Assembly: GCA_947626695.1 (NCBI GenBank)
Contig: CANQTE010000001.1
Location: forward strand, 14 to 64,013
Direction of reading: 5' to 3'
Source of the DNA: an uncultured Bacilli bacterium
Lineage (GTDB): Bacteria; Bacillota_I; Bacilli_A; RF39; UBA660
Length of the DNA stretch: 64,000 nucleotides
Part shown: piece by piece, positions 1 to 11,300 of the stretch
How positions within the stretch are numbered: the first letter of the stretch is position 1
Layout of the letters: each line of letters opens with the position of its first letter
The notes under the pieces: generated by a model
What the model was told of the DNA's origin: nothing
Database searches by the model: none
The model's input: only the letters and a program-made list of their open reading frames with translations
Translations under genes and position numbers: made by a program

Positions 1-11
1 TCCTATTATAT

Positions 12-64
12 GAAAAAACTCCCTAAAATAGGGAGATTAAATCCACATGGCGGAGTAGAGAGGA
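12..64. repeat. attL core: 53-bp perfect direct repeat of the tRNA-Ser 3' end plus downstream sequence
   Basis: Sequence 12..64 is identical to 38594..38646. It includes the 3'-terminal 17 nt of the tRNA (tggcggagtagagagga). Confidence 0.85.
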
Positions 65-168
65 ATTATTTAAACTAATTATTTAACTATATTTATTATT
101 AATTACCCTTATTTTACGTTAAATAGTCTTATTAAAAATTAATGTTAATTATTAATTTTTAAAATTAT

Positions 169-188
169 AGGACGTAGAATAGGACGTA
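169..188. promoter_or_regulatory. Tandem AGGACGTA arm-type (integrase-binding-like) sites inside the attL-side prophage end
   Basis: AGGACGTA occurs at 169-176 and 181-188. The same tandem pair occurs at 38560-38578, just inside the other att core. Confidence 0.45.
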
Positions 189-190
189 AA

Positions 191-730
191 ATGAACTGTA
201 AAAATATTAAAATTAAATTAAATAAAATGGTAGTTTGTAAAATTACAAATAAACCTATAAATTTTAAAAAATGCACAATGAAGTGTAAAAACTATATGCC
301 AAAAAATCAAAAATGCACAATAATTTCAAAAAATTGTGCAATTAAGACAAAAAGTCCAAAAAATGTCGGAATTAAAAATAAAACTGACAATTTGTCATAT
401 ATCAGAGATAGTCCTCTTAAAAATAAATCTAAAAAACTCGCTAAGTTAGAAAGAAATAGATTTAGTATCTTTGGAGATGGCAAAAATAAATGCAGAATAT
501 GTGGAGCTACTACTAGTCTAACATGGCATGAAATTTTTGATGAAAAGAATAGGCAAAATTCCATAAAATTAGGCCTATGTTTAAGGCTTTGCCTATCTTG
601 CCATATAAAATATCAAGAAGATAAAGAATTTAACGAATATTGGCATAAAAAGGGCCAATTAAAATTTATGGAATATTATCATAAATCTAAAGAAGATTTT
701 TTAGATATATTTAAAAGAAATTATTTATAG
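191..730 (+). CDS. Lys-rich protein with a C-terminal zinc-ribbon HNH-like endonuclease domain
   Basis: CRIC...WHEIF...NRQN...CLSCH matches the CxxC-H-N-CxxC-H spacing of HNH nucleases. The N-terminus is highly basic. Confidence 0.4.
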   Translation: MNCKNIKIKLNKMVVCKITNKPINFKKCTMKCKNYMPKNQKCTIISKNCAIKTKSPKNVGIKNKTDNLSYIRDSPLKNKSKKLAKLERNRFSIFGDGKNKCRICGATTSLTWHEIFDEKNRQNSIKLGLCLRLCLSCHIKYQEDKEFNEYWHKKGQLKFMEYYHKSKEDFLDIFKRNYL

Positions 731-768
731 GAGGAATTTGGTATTTATGTCTAACTTGACATAATGTA

Positions 769-987
769 ATGACTATTAAAAAAGAAGTATCTTACGATGA
801 CTTAAGAAACTTAATATTATTAAATCAATTTTATCAAAATTATAGTATTTTAAACAACCCAAAAGAAATTAATGATGCTATCAATAAAGTATTAGATCAT
901 CATTATACTAAAATTTATGGTAAAGATTTCAATAACAAAGAAATAGTAAAAACTCAGTTTCAAGTTATTACAAAATATGAAGATTAA
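769..987 (+). CDS. hypothetical small phage protein
   Basis: ORF only; it lies at the prophage left end. Confidence 0.25.
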   Translation: MTIKKEVSYDDLRNLILLNQFYQNYSILNNPKEINDAINKVLDHHYTKIYGKDFNNKEIVKTQFQVITKYED

Positions 988-1047
988 TTAAAATATTTTT
1001 ACCCAAATAAAAAGGACCAATCCCTATTTAAGAGATTGGTATATTTT

Positions 1048-1851
1048 TTATAGAGATTTTATTTGTACTCCGTCAATTTCTTTTCCATAAAGACCAGCAT
1101 AACCATTTGAAGTATTATCTACCTTCGATACCCAGTCTAGCCAAGAACCACCCTTTATATGTACCCGATATTTAGCATTTTCAATCTTAATTCCATCAAT
1201 AGACTTATTCCAAATACCTGCGTAACCACTAGAAGTGGTATCAACTTTAGTGACTTTAGAAAGCCAACTACCACCTATAGTATGAGCCTGATAAACTCTA
1301 TTTTTAACTTGAATACCGTCGATAGATTTACCATAAATACCAGCATAACCTTCATTAGTGTTATCAGCCTTTTTTACCCATGAAAGCCAATTTCCACCTT
1401 TAATGTGTACTCTGTATTCAATTTCATTTGTTGTTGATGTATCGCTAGTAAAATCTGCATCAATGTATGGTGTTGGATCTATTTTAACATCTCCAGCATT
1501 TCTAACTTCAAAATGTAAATGAGCACCTGTGGAACGCCCTGTTGAGCCCATATAACCAATAGTTTGTCCCTTTTTTACAGTATCACCAACCTTTACAGTT
1601 ACACTTCCATATTTCATGTGAGCATAAAGAGTATAATAATTGCTATGTTTTATTTTAACATAATTTCCATAACTAGAGCCTGTTTTATCAGTAGTTTTAT
1701 AATTACTTCTAACACTAACTACTACTCCATCAGAATGAGCTGTAATATAATCTAAAGCATATTTATACCCTACTAAGTCTATTCCATCATGGTAGCCTTT
1801 TTTATATTTTTGAGTTACTTGATTATCTTTATCTTTAAATACTCTACTCAT
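1048..1851 (-). CDS. Endolysin: M23 (LytM) peptidase domain plus three ~45-aa C-terminal cell-wall-binding repeats
   Basis: HxxxD/HLH motifs (YAHMKY...GSTGRSTGAHLHFEV) mark the peptidase. Three YRVHIKGG.WLSWV...GYAGIYGKSIDGIQ repeats follow. It sits at the end of the lysis cassette. Confidence 0.7.
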   Translation of the reverse strand: MSRVFKDKDNQVTQKYKKGYHDGIDLVGYKYALDYITAHSDGVVVSVRSNYKTTDKTGSSYGNYVKIKHSNYYTLYAHMKYGSVTVKVGDTVKKGQTIGYMGSTGRSTGAHLHFEVRNAGDVKIDPTPYIDADFTSDTSTTNEIEYRVHIKGGNWLSWVKKADNTNEGYAGIYGKSIDGIQVKNRVYQAHTIGGSWLSKVTKVDTTSSGYAGIWNKSIDGIKIENAKYRVHIKGGSWLDWVSKVDNTSNGYAGLYGKEIDGVQIKSL

Positions 1852-1918
1852 ATTTACACTTCCTCATATTCTTCTTTTTCTGTTATTTCTTTTACTTCTT
1901 TCATTACTCCTTCGTCCA

Positions 1919-2095
1919 TCATTTTTCACTGTCCTTTCGAGTAAAAAAATAAGTTATGATAGCACCATAACTCGTACAATATAAAGCTACTATTTCATTT
2001 GGTGGATTAATATTTGGTACTAATAAAAGAATTATTAGTCCTATTGTCATACTAATAGTTACAAAAGACTTAACATCACTCCATGCCTTTTTCAT
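1919..2095 (-). CDS. Small single-TM holin-like protein (~58 aa), not in the ORF track
   Basis: Hand translation gives MKKAWSDVKSFVTISMTIGLIILLLVPNINPP... Its ATG overlaps the upstream ORF stop (ATGA), immediately upstream of the endolysin. Confidence 0.45.
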   Translation of the reverse strand: MKKAWSDVKSFVTISMTIGLIILLLVPNINPPNEIVALYCTSYGAIITYFFTRKDSEK

Positions 2096-2295
2096 GAATT
2101 ATTTTCCTCCCTACTAATACCCTTTATTGCCCAAAATTGAGCTTCTTCTAATTTAGTAATAGCAAGACTTGTTTCTCTACTATTTTTACAATGTTCTTCT
2201 ATTGCATCATATACATTACTAAATAGTTGCCTTATACTTTCTATTCTTTTTTCTTGATTATCATTAATCAAATTGAATTTTGCTCTATTATTCAT
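2092..2295 (-). CDS. hypothetical protein in the lysis cassette
   Basis: ORF with translational coupling to its neighbours. Confidence 0.3.
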   Translation of the reverse strand: MNNRAKFNLINDNQEKRIESIRQLFSNVYDAIEEHCKNSRETSLAITKLEEAQFWAIKGISREENNS

Positions 2296-2698
2296 GCTTT
2301 TTTCTCCTTCCTTTATTCATAACTTTATCCCACCAATTATGAATATAACTATTTCCATGATATAATTTGGTGTATTTTTCATAAGCATCATGAGCTCTCT
2401 CTGTTTCAACTTCTGATACTTCTTCACCATCTTCGACATCTGCCAAATACCTAACTAAGTAATTTTTACATTGGTCTGCACCTACTACATTTATTTTCTT
2501 AGATAAATTTTCTATTTCAAGTTCTAAATCTTTTTTATTGCTATTCATTTTATTTAGAATAGGTTCTGTTATAGCTTTATCTAATACTTTTTTTAAATAT
2601 TTTAAAAGGAGTATTATGCCCCCTATAAATGCTCCTAACCATGCAATATTAGAACCAAGTGTGCCTAAAGTTATACTATTCAATATTACCATCTCCAT
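2288..2698 (-). CDS. Membrane protein, a holin or lysis-accessory candidate
   Basis: The N-terminal hydrophobic segment LGTLGSNIAWLGAFIGGIILLL is followed by a charged tail, with lysis-region context. Confidence 0.4.
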   Translation of the reverse strand: MEMVILNSITLGTLGSNIAWLGAFIGGIILLLKYLKKVLDKAITEPILNKMNSNKKDLELEIENLSKKINVVGADQCKNYLVRYLADVEDGEEVSEVETERAHDAYEKYTKLYHGNSYIHNWWDKVMNKGRRKKHE

Positions 2699-2912
2699 TT
2701 AGAATATCTTCTTCTACATATAACTTGCTTATATCTTCTTCTGTTATATCTAATGGTAAATATATTTTAGTTGAATAGTAAGGTATATGTTCTTCGATTA
2801 TATTACCTTCATTATCTTGTGTTTTTTCTTTATAGGTATCATTTACATCCCTGATATGTTTATTTTCATCTGCTATTAAAATGTTCATATTCTTTTCTTT
2901 AACTAATTTCAT
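2676..2912 (-). CDS. hypothetical phage protein
   Basis: ORF only. Confidence 0.3.
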   Translation of the reverse strand: MKLVKEKNMNILIADENKHIRDVNDTYKEKTQDNEGNIIEEHIPYYSTKIYLPLDITEEDISKLYVEEDILNGDGNIE

Positions 2913-3932
2913 TTAACTCACCGTCCAACCTTTATTTGTAGCAATAGCTATTTGTTCTTCACTTAATTTAGCTAAATTTGTTGCTCCTAATACTAATTGT
3001 TGACTATATAACTGCTCTGTATAAACTTGATTTAAATCATATAAGTTATTTATTACATTCATTAGGCTTTCTTCTGTTAGATTAGGTGCTGTTGATAAGT
3101 CTAATTTGTAATTTACATAATTAGCTTGTTTTTGATTATAACTAAAGCCTAGATTTTTGAACCCACCTAAATCTGTTAAGTTATCATGAGAAAATTCAAA
3201 AATATTAGTTATATTTTGTGCTGAACTAAAATCAAGTTCAGGTACTGTTTGCAAAGCTAATGTATTACTAAACATATTAGCCATAATATTACCACGCGAA
3301 GTATTATATTTTGGAATGGAAATTAAATTTAAGCAGCCGCTAAAAGTTCTGTTAAAATTTGTAGCTTCATTTATATCAAATAAAGGTATACTATCTGTTT
3401 GAATGTTTTGAAAGGCACTATCAAAAGAGGTACATTTTAAGAAATCAAGATATTGAATTGAAGATATATCTCTTACATTGTAGCATGACCTTAAGAAAAA
3501 TCGTGCATTTATTATTTTTTTGTTCTTGATTGCATTAACAAAATTATCAATATTGCTTATGCTTCTGCAATTATTTAATGCATACTCTAAATCAACTTCA
3601 TCCAATTGTTCATTTAATTTAATTTCTGGTATTTCTGTTAAATTAACCATATTTCCAAAAAAGCTCTTTAAAACTTCACGATTATTTATATCAGTTAAAT
3701 CCAAATTTGGTATTTTTTTTATTTTGCTTATAAAAAATCTGCTTATAACATCACTCGTTGGAGCTATTAAATTATTTATAGTTTTACTGCTTATATAATC
3801 TTCTATACTCTCAATTTTACTTATTTCATTATCAAACTCACTTGCTTTAATGTTTGTTTGGTCACCCTTTTTATCTTTGATAGCTTTACCAACATCGGCT
3901 AAGTAATTCTTTAAGTTATCTACTCTTGCCAT
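2913..3932 (-). CDS. Tail-associated protein with BspA-type leucine-rich repeats
   Basis: Repeated FxxCxxLxxIxL-like units (FLRSCYNVRDISSIQYLDF, FSGCLNLISIP...). It lies in the tail-fibre region. Confidence 0.45.
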   Translation of the reverse strand: MARVDNLKNYLADVGKAIKDKKGDQTNIKASEFDNEISKIESIEDYISSKTINNLIAPTSDVISRFFISKIKKIPNLDLTDINNREVLKSFFGNMVNLTEIPEIKLNEQLDEVDLEYALNNCRSISNIDNFVNAIKNKKIINARFFLRSCYNVRDISSIQYLDFLKCTSFDSAFQNIQTDSIPLFDINEATNFNRTFSGCLNLISIPKYNTSRGNIMANMFSNTLALQTVPELDFSSAQNITNIFEFSHDNLTDLGGFKNLGFSYNQKQANYVNYKLDLSTAPNLTEESLMNVINNLYDLNQVYTEQLYSQQLVLGATNLAKLSEEQIAIATNKGWTVS

Positions 3933-3934
3933 GA

Positions 3935-5863
3935 TTAATACTCCTCCTCAAGTGCTCCAGTAACAGCTGTTGAAATAGCATTGTTTACAAAATCAATTGT
4001 TGCAAATTGGCCTTTAATAGGGGCTAAATAAGTCATTTCTGCTTCTTTTACTATACCGTTTTTATCTTCAATAGTTATTCTATTGTAACCCTCGAATAAT
4101 TCAATATTTGTAGATTGTAATTGAATTTGTTCAGGTGTTTCTAATACATAATATATTGTAACTGGTGTTCCTGCATCATATTGGTCTTTTAAGAATTGTT
4201 TAAATGTATTAGAATCTTTATTAAATTGTTTCATTTTAATATCAACTTCAGCATTTCTATCTGTTTGTTGTTTTAAAACCATTACTTTATCATCAATTTC
4301 TATTACTTCATTTGGGCTATCTACTTTAAAATTTTTAAACATATTACTTATAAAATCTATTGGTATCGCTTCATTTTCACTTCTTGAATATTCAGATAAA
4401 ATAGTTTGATTGTAGAAATAATTACCCTTTTCATAAAAATTCCATGGTTCATTACCTGTAATAATGTATTTTTTAATTTTTTTATTTAATATTCCACTTA
4501 TAAAATCTAAATCATCTTCTATATCATTTATTTTTGCTAATTCATATTGTTGTCCTTCCTTGTTAGACATTTTTATTGAAAATTCTTTTTCTTTATAAGG
4601 TTCATAAACAAAGTTTTCAGATGTTATTGTTGTATCCTCCAACACACTTATTCTAAATGTAACACTACCACTTTGACCAGCTTCAAACCTAACATCAGTG
4701 TTTAATCCGTTTATATAAGAAGTACCTCCATCATCAACTTTGCTGGGGCGTACTAATTGAATAATATCACCGTTATGTAATTCAGAAAAATTATGCACAA
4801 ACCAGTACACTATTTGCCCACTTCGACTATATGATGAGCATGGCATTAATGCGCCGTCTCCAGTAATATTTTTTATTTCGGTAATAATATTATAGTTAGT
4901 TCCATCTTGAATAAGAGGCAAATTATTAGTGCTATAATGAACATCCTTTTGCTTTTCACCATTAGAATTATCATAAGTTATAGTTATCCAACCATCTTCA
5001 TCAACGGTAGCACCTTCATTTAACACTACATCCTCATAATTATATAAATTTTTACCTGTTGTTTTCCCTTTTAGCAAATAGTTTCCTTCACTTTCAATGG
5101 GTTCAACTGTTTTAATTTCACTAGGTTCCTCAGGAGAAGGACTTGTTTCAGTTATATTTTGCTCACTATTACCATATATTTTTAAATTTTTAACATTGTA
5201 AGGTCCTGCATTTTCTACCGTAATAGGGTAACCTTTTACAGTATTGTGAATATAATCATAACTTGCGTCTTCTAAATTTTTAATAACACCTTCAATATCT
5301 TTTTTCTTAGTATAATTTTTTTCTAAATCAGTGTTATTCGTGTAATTTGTTAAATCATTTACTTCTTTTGTAATGAAATTACTTACATCTGGTATATCTT
5401 TAGTATCTGCTTTTTCTTTTAATTTTTTTTCTAATTCTGTATTATTAGTAAAATTATCTAATTCTTCTACTTCTTTAGTTATAAAGTTTTCAACATTAGG
5501 TATTTCTGTTTTTTTGGCATATTCTTTCTCTAAATCAGCCGTTTTGGTGTAATTATCTAAGTTATTTACGTCCTTTTTAATAAAGTCTTTTGTATCTGGT
5601 ATTTTTCCTTCTGTTTCTTGTATCTTTTCTTCAAGACTGTTATCTTTATTATTTAATTCCTGTATTTTTTCATCAAAGGTAGATTTTTCTATATAATCTT
5701 TTTTAGGTGCTATACCTAAATCATCAAGAGTTTTATTACCTTCTAAAACAACATCATTAATGCTAGGTTTATTTTTGGCTTTATTATAGTCCATATCTAC
5801 TATTACTGAAAGTTCTTTTTCTACTTCAATTTCTTGTTCAGAAATTTCCTTTTCTAACATCAT
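3935..5863 (-). CDS. Tail fibre with three ~35-aa tandem repeats
   Basis: IPDxxNFITKEVxxLxNYTxxTxLEKxYxKK is repeated three times (DNA ~5293..5605). The protein is large with a beta-rich C-terminus. Confidence 0.5.
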   Translation of the reverse strand: MMLEKEISEQEIEVEKELSVIVDMDYNKAKNKPSINDVVLEGNKTLDDLGIAPKKDYIEKSTFDEKIQELNNKDNSLEEKIQETEGKIPDTKDFIKKDVNNLDNYTKTADLEKEYAKKTEIPNVENFITKEVEELDNFTNNTELEKKLKEKADTKDIPDVSNFITKEVNDLTNYTNNTDLEKNYTKKKDIEGVIKNLEDASYDYIHNTVKGYPITVENAGPYNVKNLKIYGNSEQNITETSPSPEEPSEIKTVEPIESEGNYLLKGKTTGKNLYNYEDVVLNEGATVDEDGWITITYDNSNGEKQKDVHYSTNNLPLIQDGTNYNIITEIKNITGDGALMPCSSYSRSGQIVYWFVHNFSELHNGDIIQLVRPSKVDDGGTSYINGLNTDVRFEAGQSGSVTFRISVLEDTTITSENFVYEPYKEKEFSIKMSNKEGQQYELAKINDIEDDLDFISGILNKKIKKYIITGNEPWNFYEKGNYFYNQTILSEYSRSENEAIPIDFISNMFKNFKVDSPNEVIEIDDKVMVLKQQTDRNAEVDIKMKQFNKDSNTFKQFLKDQYDAGTPVTIYYVLETPEQIQLQSTNIELFEGYNRITIEDKNGIVKEAEMTYLAPIKGQFATIDFVNNAISTAVTGALEEEY

Positions 5864-6198
5864 TATTCCCCTCCTTCAAAAGTTACTTCATTTAATATTT
5901 TTATCTTATCTTTATAAATAGTAGTTACAACATTGTCATTTTGCACTTGAATATCACATACATACTTTTTATATTTAAGATTTTTTGTATCACTAGGCTC
6001 TAATGTTACATGATAATATCCATCATCTGTAAATATAATTCCATTATCTAAAGTTTTTTGCAATTTTATAGTTTTAGTTATATAATTATCTTTAACTGTA
6101 AACCATATTTTTTGAGTTTTTAATAAGATTACATCATCTTTATAATCTTTTCTTTGAAATTTAAATTTAAAAGTGTCTCCTCTTGTAATTTCTAACAT
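5863..6198 (-). CDS. hypothetical phage structural-region protein
   Basis: ORF whose start and stop overlap its neighbours. Confidence 0.3.
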   Translation of the reverse strand: MLEITRGDTFKFKFQRKDYKDDVILLKTQKIWFTVKDNYITKTIKLQKTLDNGIIFTDDGYYHVTLEPSDTKNLKYKKYVCDIQVQNDNVVTTIYKDKIKILNEVTFEGGE

Positions 6199-6203
6199 TT
6201 AAC

Positions 6204-6407
6204 TCACTCTCCTTTTTTATTACTTTTTAAACTAGAGTTATATTTTTCTGTTGCGTTCTTTAATTCGCTTGCTTCTAATTGTTTTAATTCGGTAAGTAGT
6301 TTTTCTAAACTTCTTGCCAAAATAAAAGCAGGTAAGCCTGCATTATTAACAAGTTGTATTAAACTTTCGTCTAACTCTTTTATTTTTAATATTAATGGCT
6401 TTTCCAT
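6204..6407 (-). CDS. hypothetical small protein
   Basis: ORF only. Confidence 0.25.
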   Translation of the reverse strand: MEKPLILKIKELDESLIQLVNNAGLPAFILARSLEKLLTELKQLEASELKNATEKYNSSLKSNKKGE

Positions 6408-6421
6408 GTCTTTACTCCTTT

Positions 6422-8323
6422 CTAATTTTCAGCGACAAAACATATTCCTGATAATGATACTGCGTCAAAAGTAACATCATTGTTTAATGTTATTTGACCA
6501 TTAGATGCAACTTGTACCCAAATAAACATATCGCTACCATAACCACTTGCTAAGGCAAATCTATTGTAATTGCCTGCTGGCCTAAAACCAGATGGCAATG
6601 TTGCTATTGTTCTATTAGTTGTAGTTGTTCTACCAATTAAACCTCGCAAATAAACAACTCCATTAATCTTATAATACATAGGCCTATCTGCACTATATCT
6701 ATAATTGTAACCACTATTTAACGATAAAGTGCCACTTTCCATAGCTGTTTGATTATATAACTCCTGCACTCCTTTTAGTGCAAGGGTAGCTAAGGAATAA
6801 ACATTAATTTTCTTATGTTCTCCATCTTGGACTATTGAAGGCGTGTAATACCCATCAGATGGGACATCCTCCTCATTATCTGCAACTAAGCCTAATTGAT
6901 AAACTGGAAAACCAAAACTATCCTCATAACTATATTGAGCAATATCAATTCTTGCAATTTCTTCTAAAAAACTATCGGCATGGCTTAAATTTTCATAATC
7001 ACTTTTTAAAGCTGGAACTTCATACCGCTTAGCTTCTACTCCGCCATCTATAGTTGCACTAGTACTACTATAAAAAGAACCCAAACTATCAGGAAACGTA
7101 TTAACATTAAACATTGTTATACTGCCTGGTCTTATAAACATTGTATTTCCATAACTATCAGAAAAATGTATCTGATTAGAGCGAAAAGAAATTTGCTCTG
7201 TATCTGAAATTATTGAAAGATGTGGGTTATTCCCACCATCATCTTTTATGGTTACGTCCCCGTTTTCACTTAGAGTAAAGTGTTCACTTACAACGTTCAT
7301 TTTTTGCGTAGTTAAATCTATTGTTGTGCCTTCAAAACTAATTTTATCTGCTTTAATTTTTGCTTCTGACGTTCCATCATTATTTATTAATCCGATTATA
7401 GCCTCCAATGTAAAATCAGTGGCATTTAATTTTAGTGCTATTTCTTTTGATTGCACATCTAATTCAGAAGAAAAAGCTGTAAATTTGCCTTCTGTTTCTT
7501 CTTTAAATTCGGCAACAGATACATTAATATTACCTACATCAACTTTTAAACTTGATATTTCTGTATCATAATACTCATACTTTTCATTTGCAGTTTCAAT
7601 TATTTTTTGAGTAGTAGAGGTAACCTCACCTAAAATACTATCTCTTGTCGTTTCAAGTTGAACACTAGTTGCATATGTTGCACTAACATCTTCTTTAAAC
7701 TGATTTAAAACTGCCTCAACATTTTTAGCATAATCATCATTGGAATAATCAGTTGCTTTTATCCAATCTACTTCATTAAAATCACCTTCCGTTCTTTTCG
7801 CTCGACATCTATATAAATCTTTATCTTCTTTAATCCATAAATCTCCTACTTCATAAGGTGGTATAGGTTCTGTTACAAATACTTGCCTTTTTTTATCTGC
7901 TGTATCTTGTGCTGAATTAGCAAGTGCTAGAGCTTCTACTACATCTGTATCTTTTATTTCTATCCATTTAAATACATTATCATTTAGGGAAAATCTATAA
8001 GCATAACCAGTATCTTGGTCATAATATAAATCTCCCAAATGATTATTCTTAGTAACATCATCTAGCCACTCATTTGCAGGAGCATTTTCAAGTGTTGGAA
8101 TACCTTCAAAAAACCAAGTAGTTATATTTCCATCTACTTGGTCTTGAAGTGTTTTTAAATCTTTTGTAACAGCATCAGCAAAATTTTTAATAAGTGTATC
8201 TGTACTATTCAAATTTCTCTCTAAAGAAGTAATAGTTTTTCTATCTTTAACTAAATTATTTAAATTATATCTGCGTATTAAATCTTCAGCAGTAATAGCT
8301 TTACTATAATCATTATAATTCAT
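6422..8323 (-). CDS. Tail spike or receptor-binding structural protein
   Basis: 633 aa, downstream of the giant virion protein, with a Gly/Ser/Thr-rich beta C-terminus. Confidence 0.4.
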   Translation of the reverse strand: MNYNDYSKAITAEDLIRRYNLNNLVKDRKTITSLERNLNSTDTLIKNFADAVTKDLKTLQDQVDGNITTWFFEGIPTLENAPANEWLDDVTKNNHLGDLYYDQDTGYAYRFSLNDNVFKWIEIKDTDVVEALALANSAQDTADKKRQVFVTEPIPPYEVGDLWIKEDKDLYRCRAKRTEGDFNEVDWIKATDYSNDDYAKNVEAVLNQFKEDVSATYATSVQLETTRDSILGEVTSTTQKIIETANEKYEYYDTEISSLKVDVGNINVSVAEFKEETEGKFTAFSSELDVQSKEIALKLNATDFTLEAIIGLINNDGTSEAKIKADKISFEGTTIDLTTQKMNVVSEHFTLSENGDVTIKDDGGNNPHLSIISDTEQISFRSNQIHFSDSYGNTMFIRPGSITMFNVNTFPDSLGSFYSSTSATIDGGVEAKRYEVPALKSDYENLSHADSFLEEIARIDIAQYSYEDSFGFPVYQLGLVADNEEDVPSDGYYTPSIVQDGEHKKINVYSLATLALKGVQELYNQTAMESGTLSLNSGYNYRYSADRPMYYKINGVVYLRGLIGRTTTTNRTIATLPSGFRPAGNYNRFALASGYGSDMFIWVQVASNGQITLNNDVTFDAVSLSGICFVAEN

Positions 8324-11300
8324 TACCAGTACACTCTCCCATCTCTTATTACAAATCCTAATTCTGTTAATATTTTTGTTTTTTCTTCTATTGTTAGATT
8401 TTTATTATTTATATATTCTGCGATTTCTTTATTATAATCATTAAATGTTTTATAATATTGCTTTATAAAGATAGCTCTCTGGGGAATACTTAAATTTAAA
8501 GAATTAATATATTTGATAGTCTCGGTTTTATCATCATCTGTATTATCTCTAATATTTTGAAGTTCTGTTTTATACTTTTGATATTTATCATAAGTTGTTA
8601 TATTAGTTATCACAGAATATTTATCTGGGTAATCAAGAGAATAATCTATCTCTTTTTTATTAGTATAATAATCAGATATTTTACCACCATTTGAAACATA
8701 TTCATTAATCTTATTATAAGTATTAGCCATAGATAAGCCTAAAGTTTCTTCTCTTGCTTTATTATAAGAATAATTTACAACATCATTTATAACACTTGCT
8801 TTATCTTCATTTGACATACTTGTATATTTACTATTTTTAAGTAAATCTTTCATAGTATTCTCTACTATATTACCAGAGATTTTTTGGAAATTAGCTCTAT
8901 CTTTAGAATTAAATTCTAGTAAGTTACCATCTTTATCTTTATATTTATATTCTGGAACTCTTGGCATAACTGATTTATCACCAGTTGCTTTATATACATT
9001 ATATATTTCTTCTGCACCCTTACTTATGTTTTCTGTATTTACATTTGCAGGATTTAAGAAAACATTAAATATATTATTTTTACCACCATATTTCTTTACT
9101 TCTCTACCCATAGTATCAACCGTAGGTGCAAGAGTTTTACTAACAAATGGTATTTTTGCTTTAACACTATTAATAGCGGATTTGATAGGCTTATCATATT
9201 CAAAAGATGTTCTTTGAGTTCCATCAACCATATCCGCGATTTGCTTTGAAAAAGTTGGAACTGCACGTGCTGGAAGTTCTAATATAGCTTCCTGTATGCC
9301 TGAAACAACTCCATCATTATTTGAAAATACTGTTTTTATACTTTCAAAAAAAGATTGTTCCAATAAAATACTTCCTGCAGTATTTAATGAACTTGTAGCA
9401 TTTTCCAATAATGTAGCATTTTCTTTTTGCTTTTGAACGATATTAGCCATTATTGATAAAGGCGCCGCAATTGGTTGAGCCCAATCATAAGTAAATGACT
9501 TATTTCCTATTTTTATTGAATAAGAACTTATGCCTAAAGTGTTTTTCATAAAATTAGATACATCTTTATCATCATCAGCTTCACCACTTATAACACCTGA
9601 TTTAGCTAGTGCATATCCTAAGACATATAACATTGTTCCAGCTGTTGCTTTTCCTAAGTCTTGAACAAATTTATGTTGCATTTGGGGAGTAAATTGTCCA
9701 TTAGTTAATGATTTTCTTAAATTATTACCTTCTACTAAAGTATTAATCATACCTACTGGAGAATAATCAACTATTGCTTTAGTTAAGTTAGCGGGTGTTT
9801 TGGCAAATGGTATCAAAATATCTCCTACACCATAACTGTCCATACCAGGTAAATGTATTTTATTTAACATACGTCTTATATCAAGTACAAATTTAGTGTA
9901 AGAGTTATTATCGTTCCAAGTTCTTTGCAAGCTTTCAGTTCTTGCTATATCTAACATATCTTGAGTAATTTCAGTAGTATTATTAAGTACCATTTGATTT
10001 TGTAAAGAATTTTCAAATGCTGCCTGACTAAATACTCTATCTCCAACGTCCATAATATAATTAAGCATACTTTCTACTTTATTAAGACTTTTGCCCATAA
10101 GAGTTTTATCATTAAAGTTTTTGCCTTCAGTAATTTCAAATCTATTGCCTTTCATATCTTTAGTATTAATACCTTTTTTATAATCATTAGTTGCCTGATA
10201 TGCTCCCTCTTTAATACCTTTTAGCATTGCTTTAATATTAGTTTTTCCAGTTGTTCTAACACCTGTTTTTTTAGATATAATTTTATCAGCATAGTTTGAG
10301 AATAAATCACTAAAAGAGTTTATTGGCATTATTAAAGCATTACCTGCAACGTTTCTTACTTGTGTTTTAGGATTAAATAACATAGATATACGCATCCATG
10401 ATTTTATTCCTGCACCTTTAACTGGTGGAAGTTTATCAGTCATAAGTTTTTGAATTTCGGCAAGTTTAACTCTTTTATCGTAGCCATCTTCCATAGTTGA
10501 TATTTCTTTCATGTTATCCATGATAAATTGTACTTCATCTGGTGTTAAGTCAAAATCCTCTCTATGTTTGTCTATCCATTCTTTAGATTTATTTTTTATC
10601 ATATAGTCGTACGCTTCTTGAAGCTCACTTTGAGCATATTTTACCATGCCTTCAGGTGTCATACGTTCCAAGATATTAAATGCTTGAACTGTTTGACCAG
10701 CAGTACTTCCAATTCTTCGCATAGTTTTAGCAATTTCAACCATACTATCATAATCTTTATTATCAGCATACTGTTTCATTAATATCCAGCCTTCTGCTAT
10801 ATCAACTGCTGTTGGATTTTGTTTCATTTGACCATTTTTATCTGGTGCAAATCTATTTTGCCAGTTTAAAGTTTCAGATAATCCACCATTATTAATTTTT
10901 TCAAATGCTTTTTCTAAGCTTTCTTTATTAGTAACTTTATCATAATATTTTACTTCTTCCTCAGATAATATTCTATTTTTTTGCTCATCATTTAACATAT
11001 TTACTTTATTTTCAATATTAGAAGCAAATCTACTATCTCCATCACTAGTTGTATTTCTATTAACAACTGGTAGTTTAGGAGTAGTATTTGCGTCTTCTTT
11101 AGTTAGTTTAGATATTTCTAATGGATTTAAAGTTTTATTATTTATATTGTTATTTACTGGTGGTAAGTTTATTTTATTTACATCTTTTGATGTAGGTAAT
11201 TTAATATCACTCATATTTGTTCTTGTACCAGATGTTTTATAATGTTTATCTAAGTATTCTTGCCATGAATTGCTGTTCTCGGAATATTTGGCATCAACTT

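Noticed and set aside
5293-5605. Tandem ~105-bp repeats that could be mistaken for a CRISPR or VNTR array
   Set aside because: They are in-frame coding repeats of the tail fibre. There is no short spacer-repeat periodicity and no cas genes.
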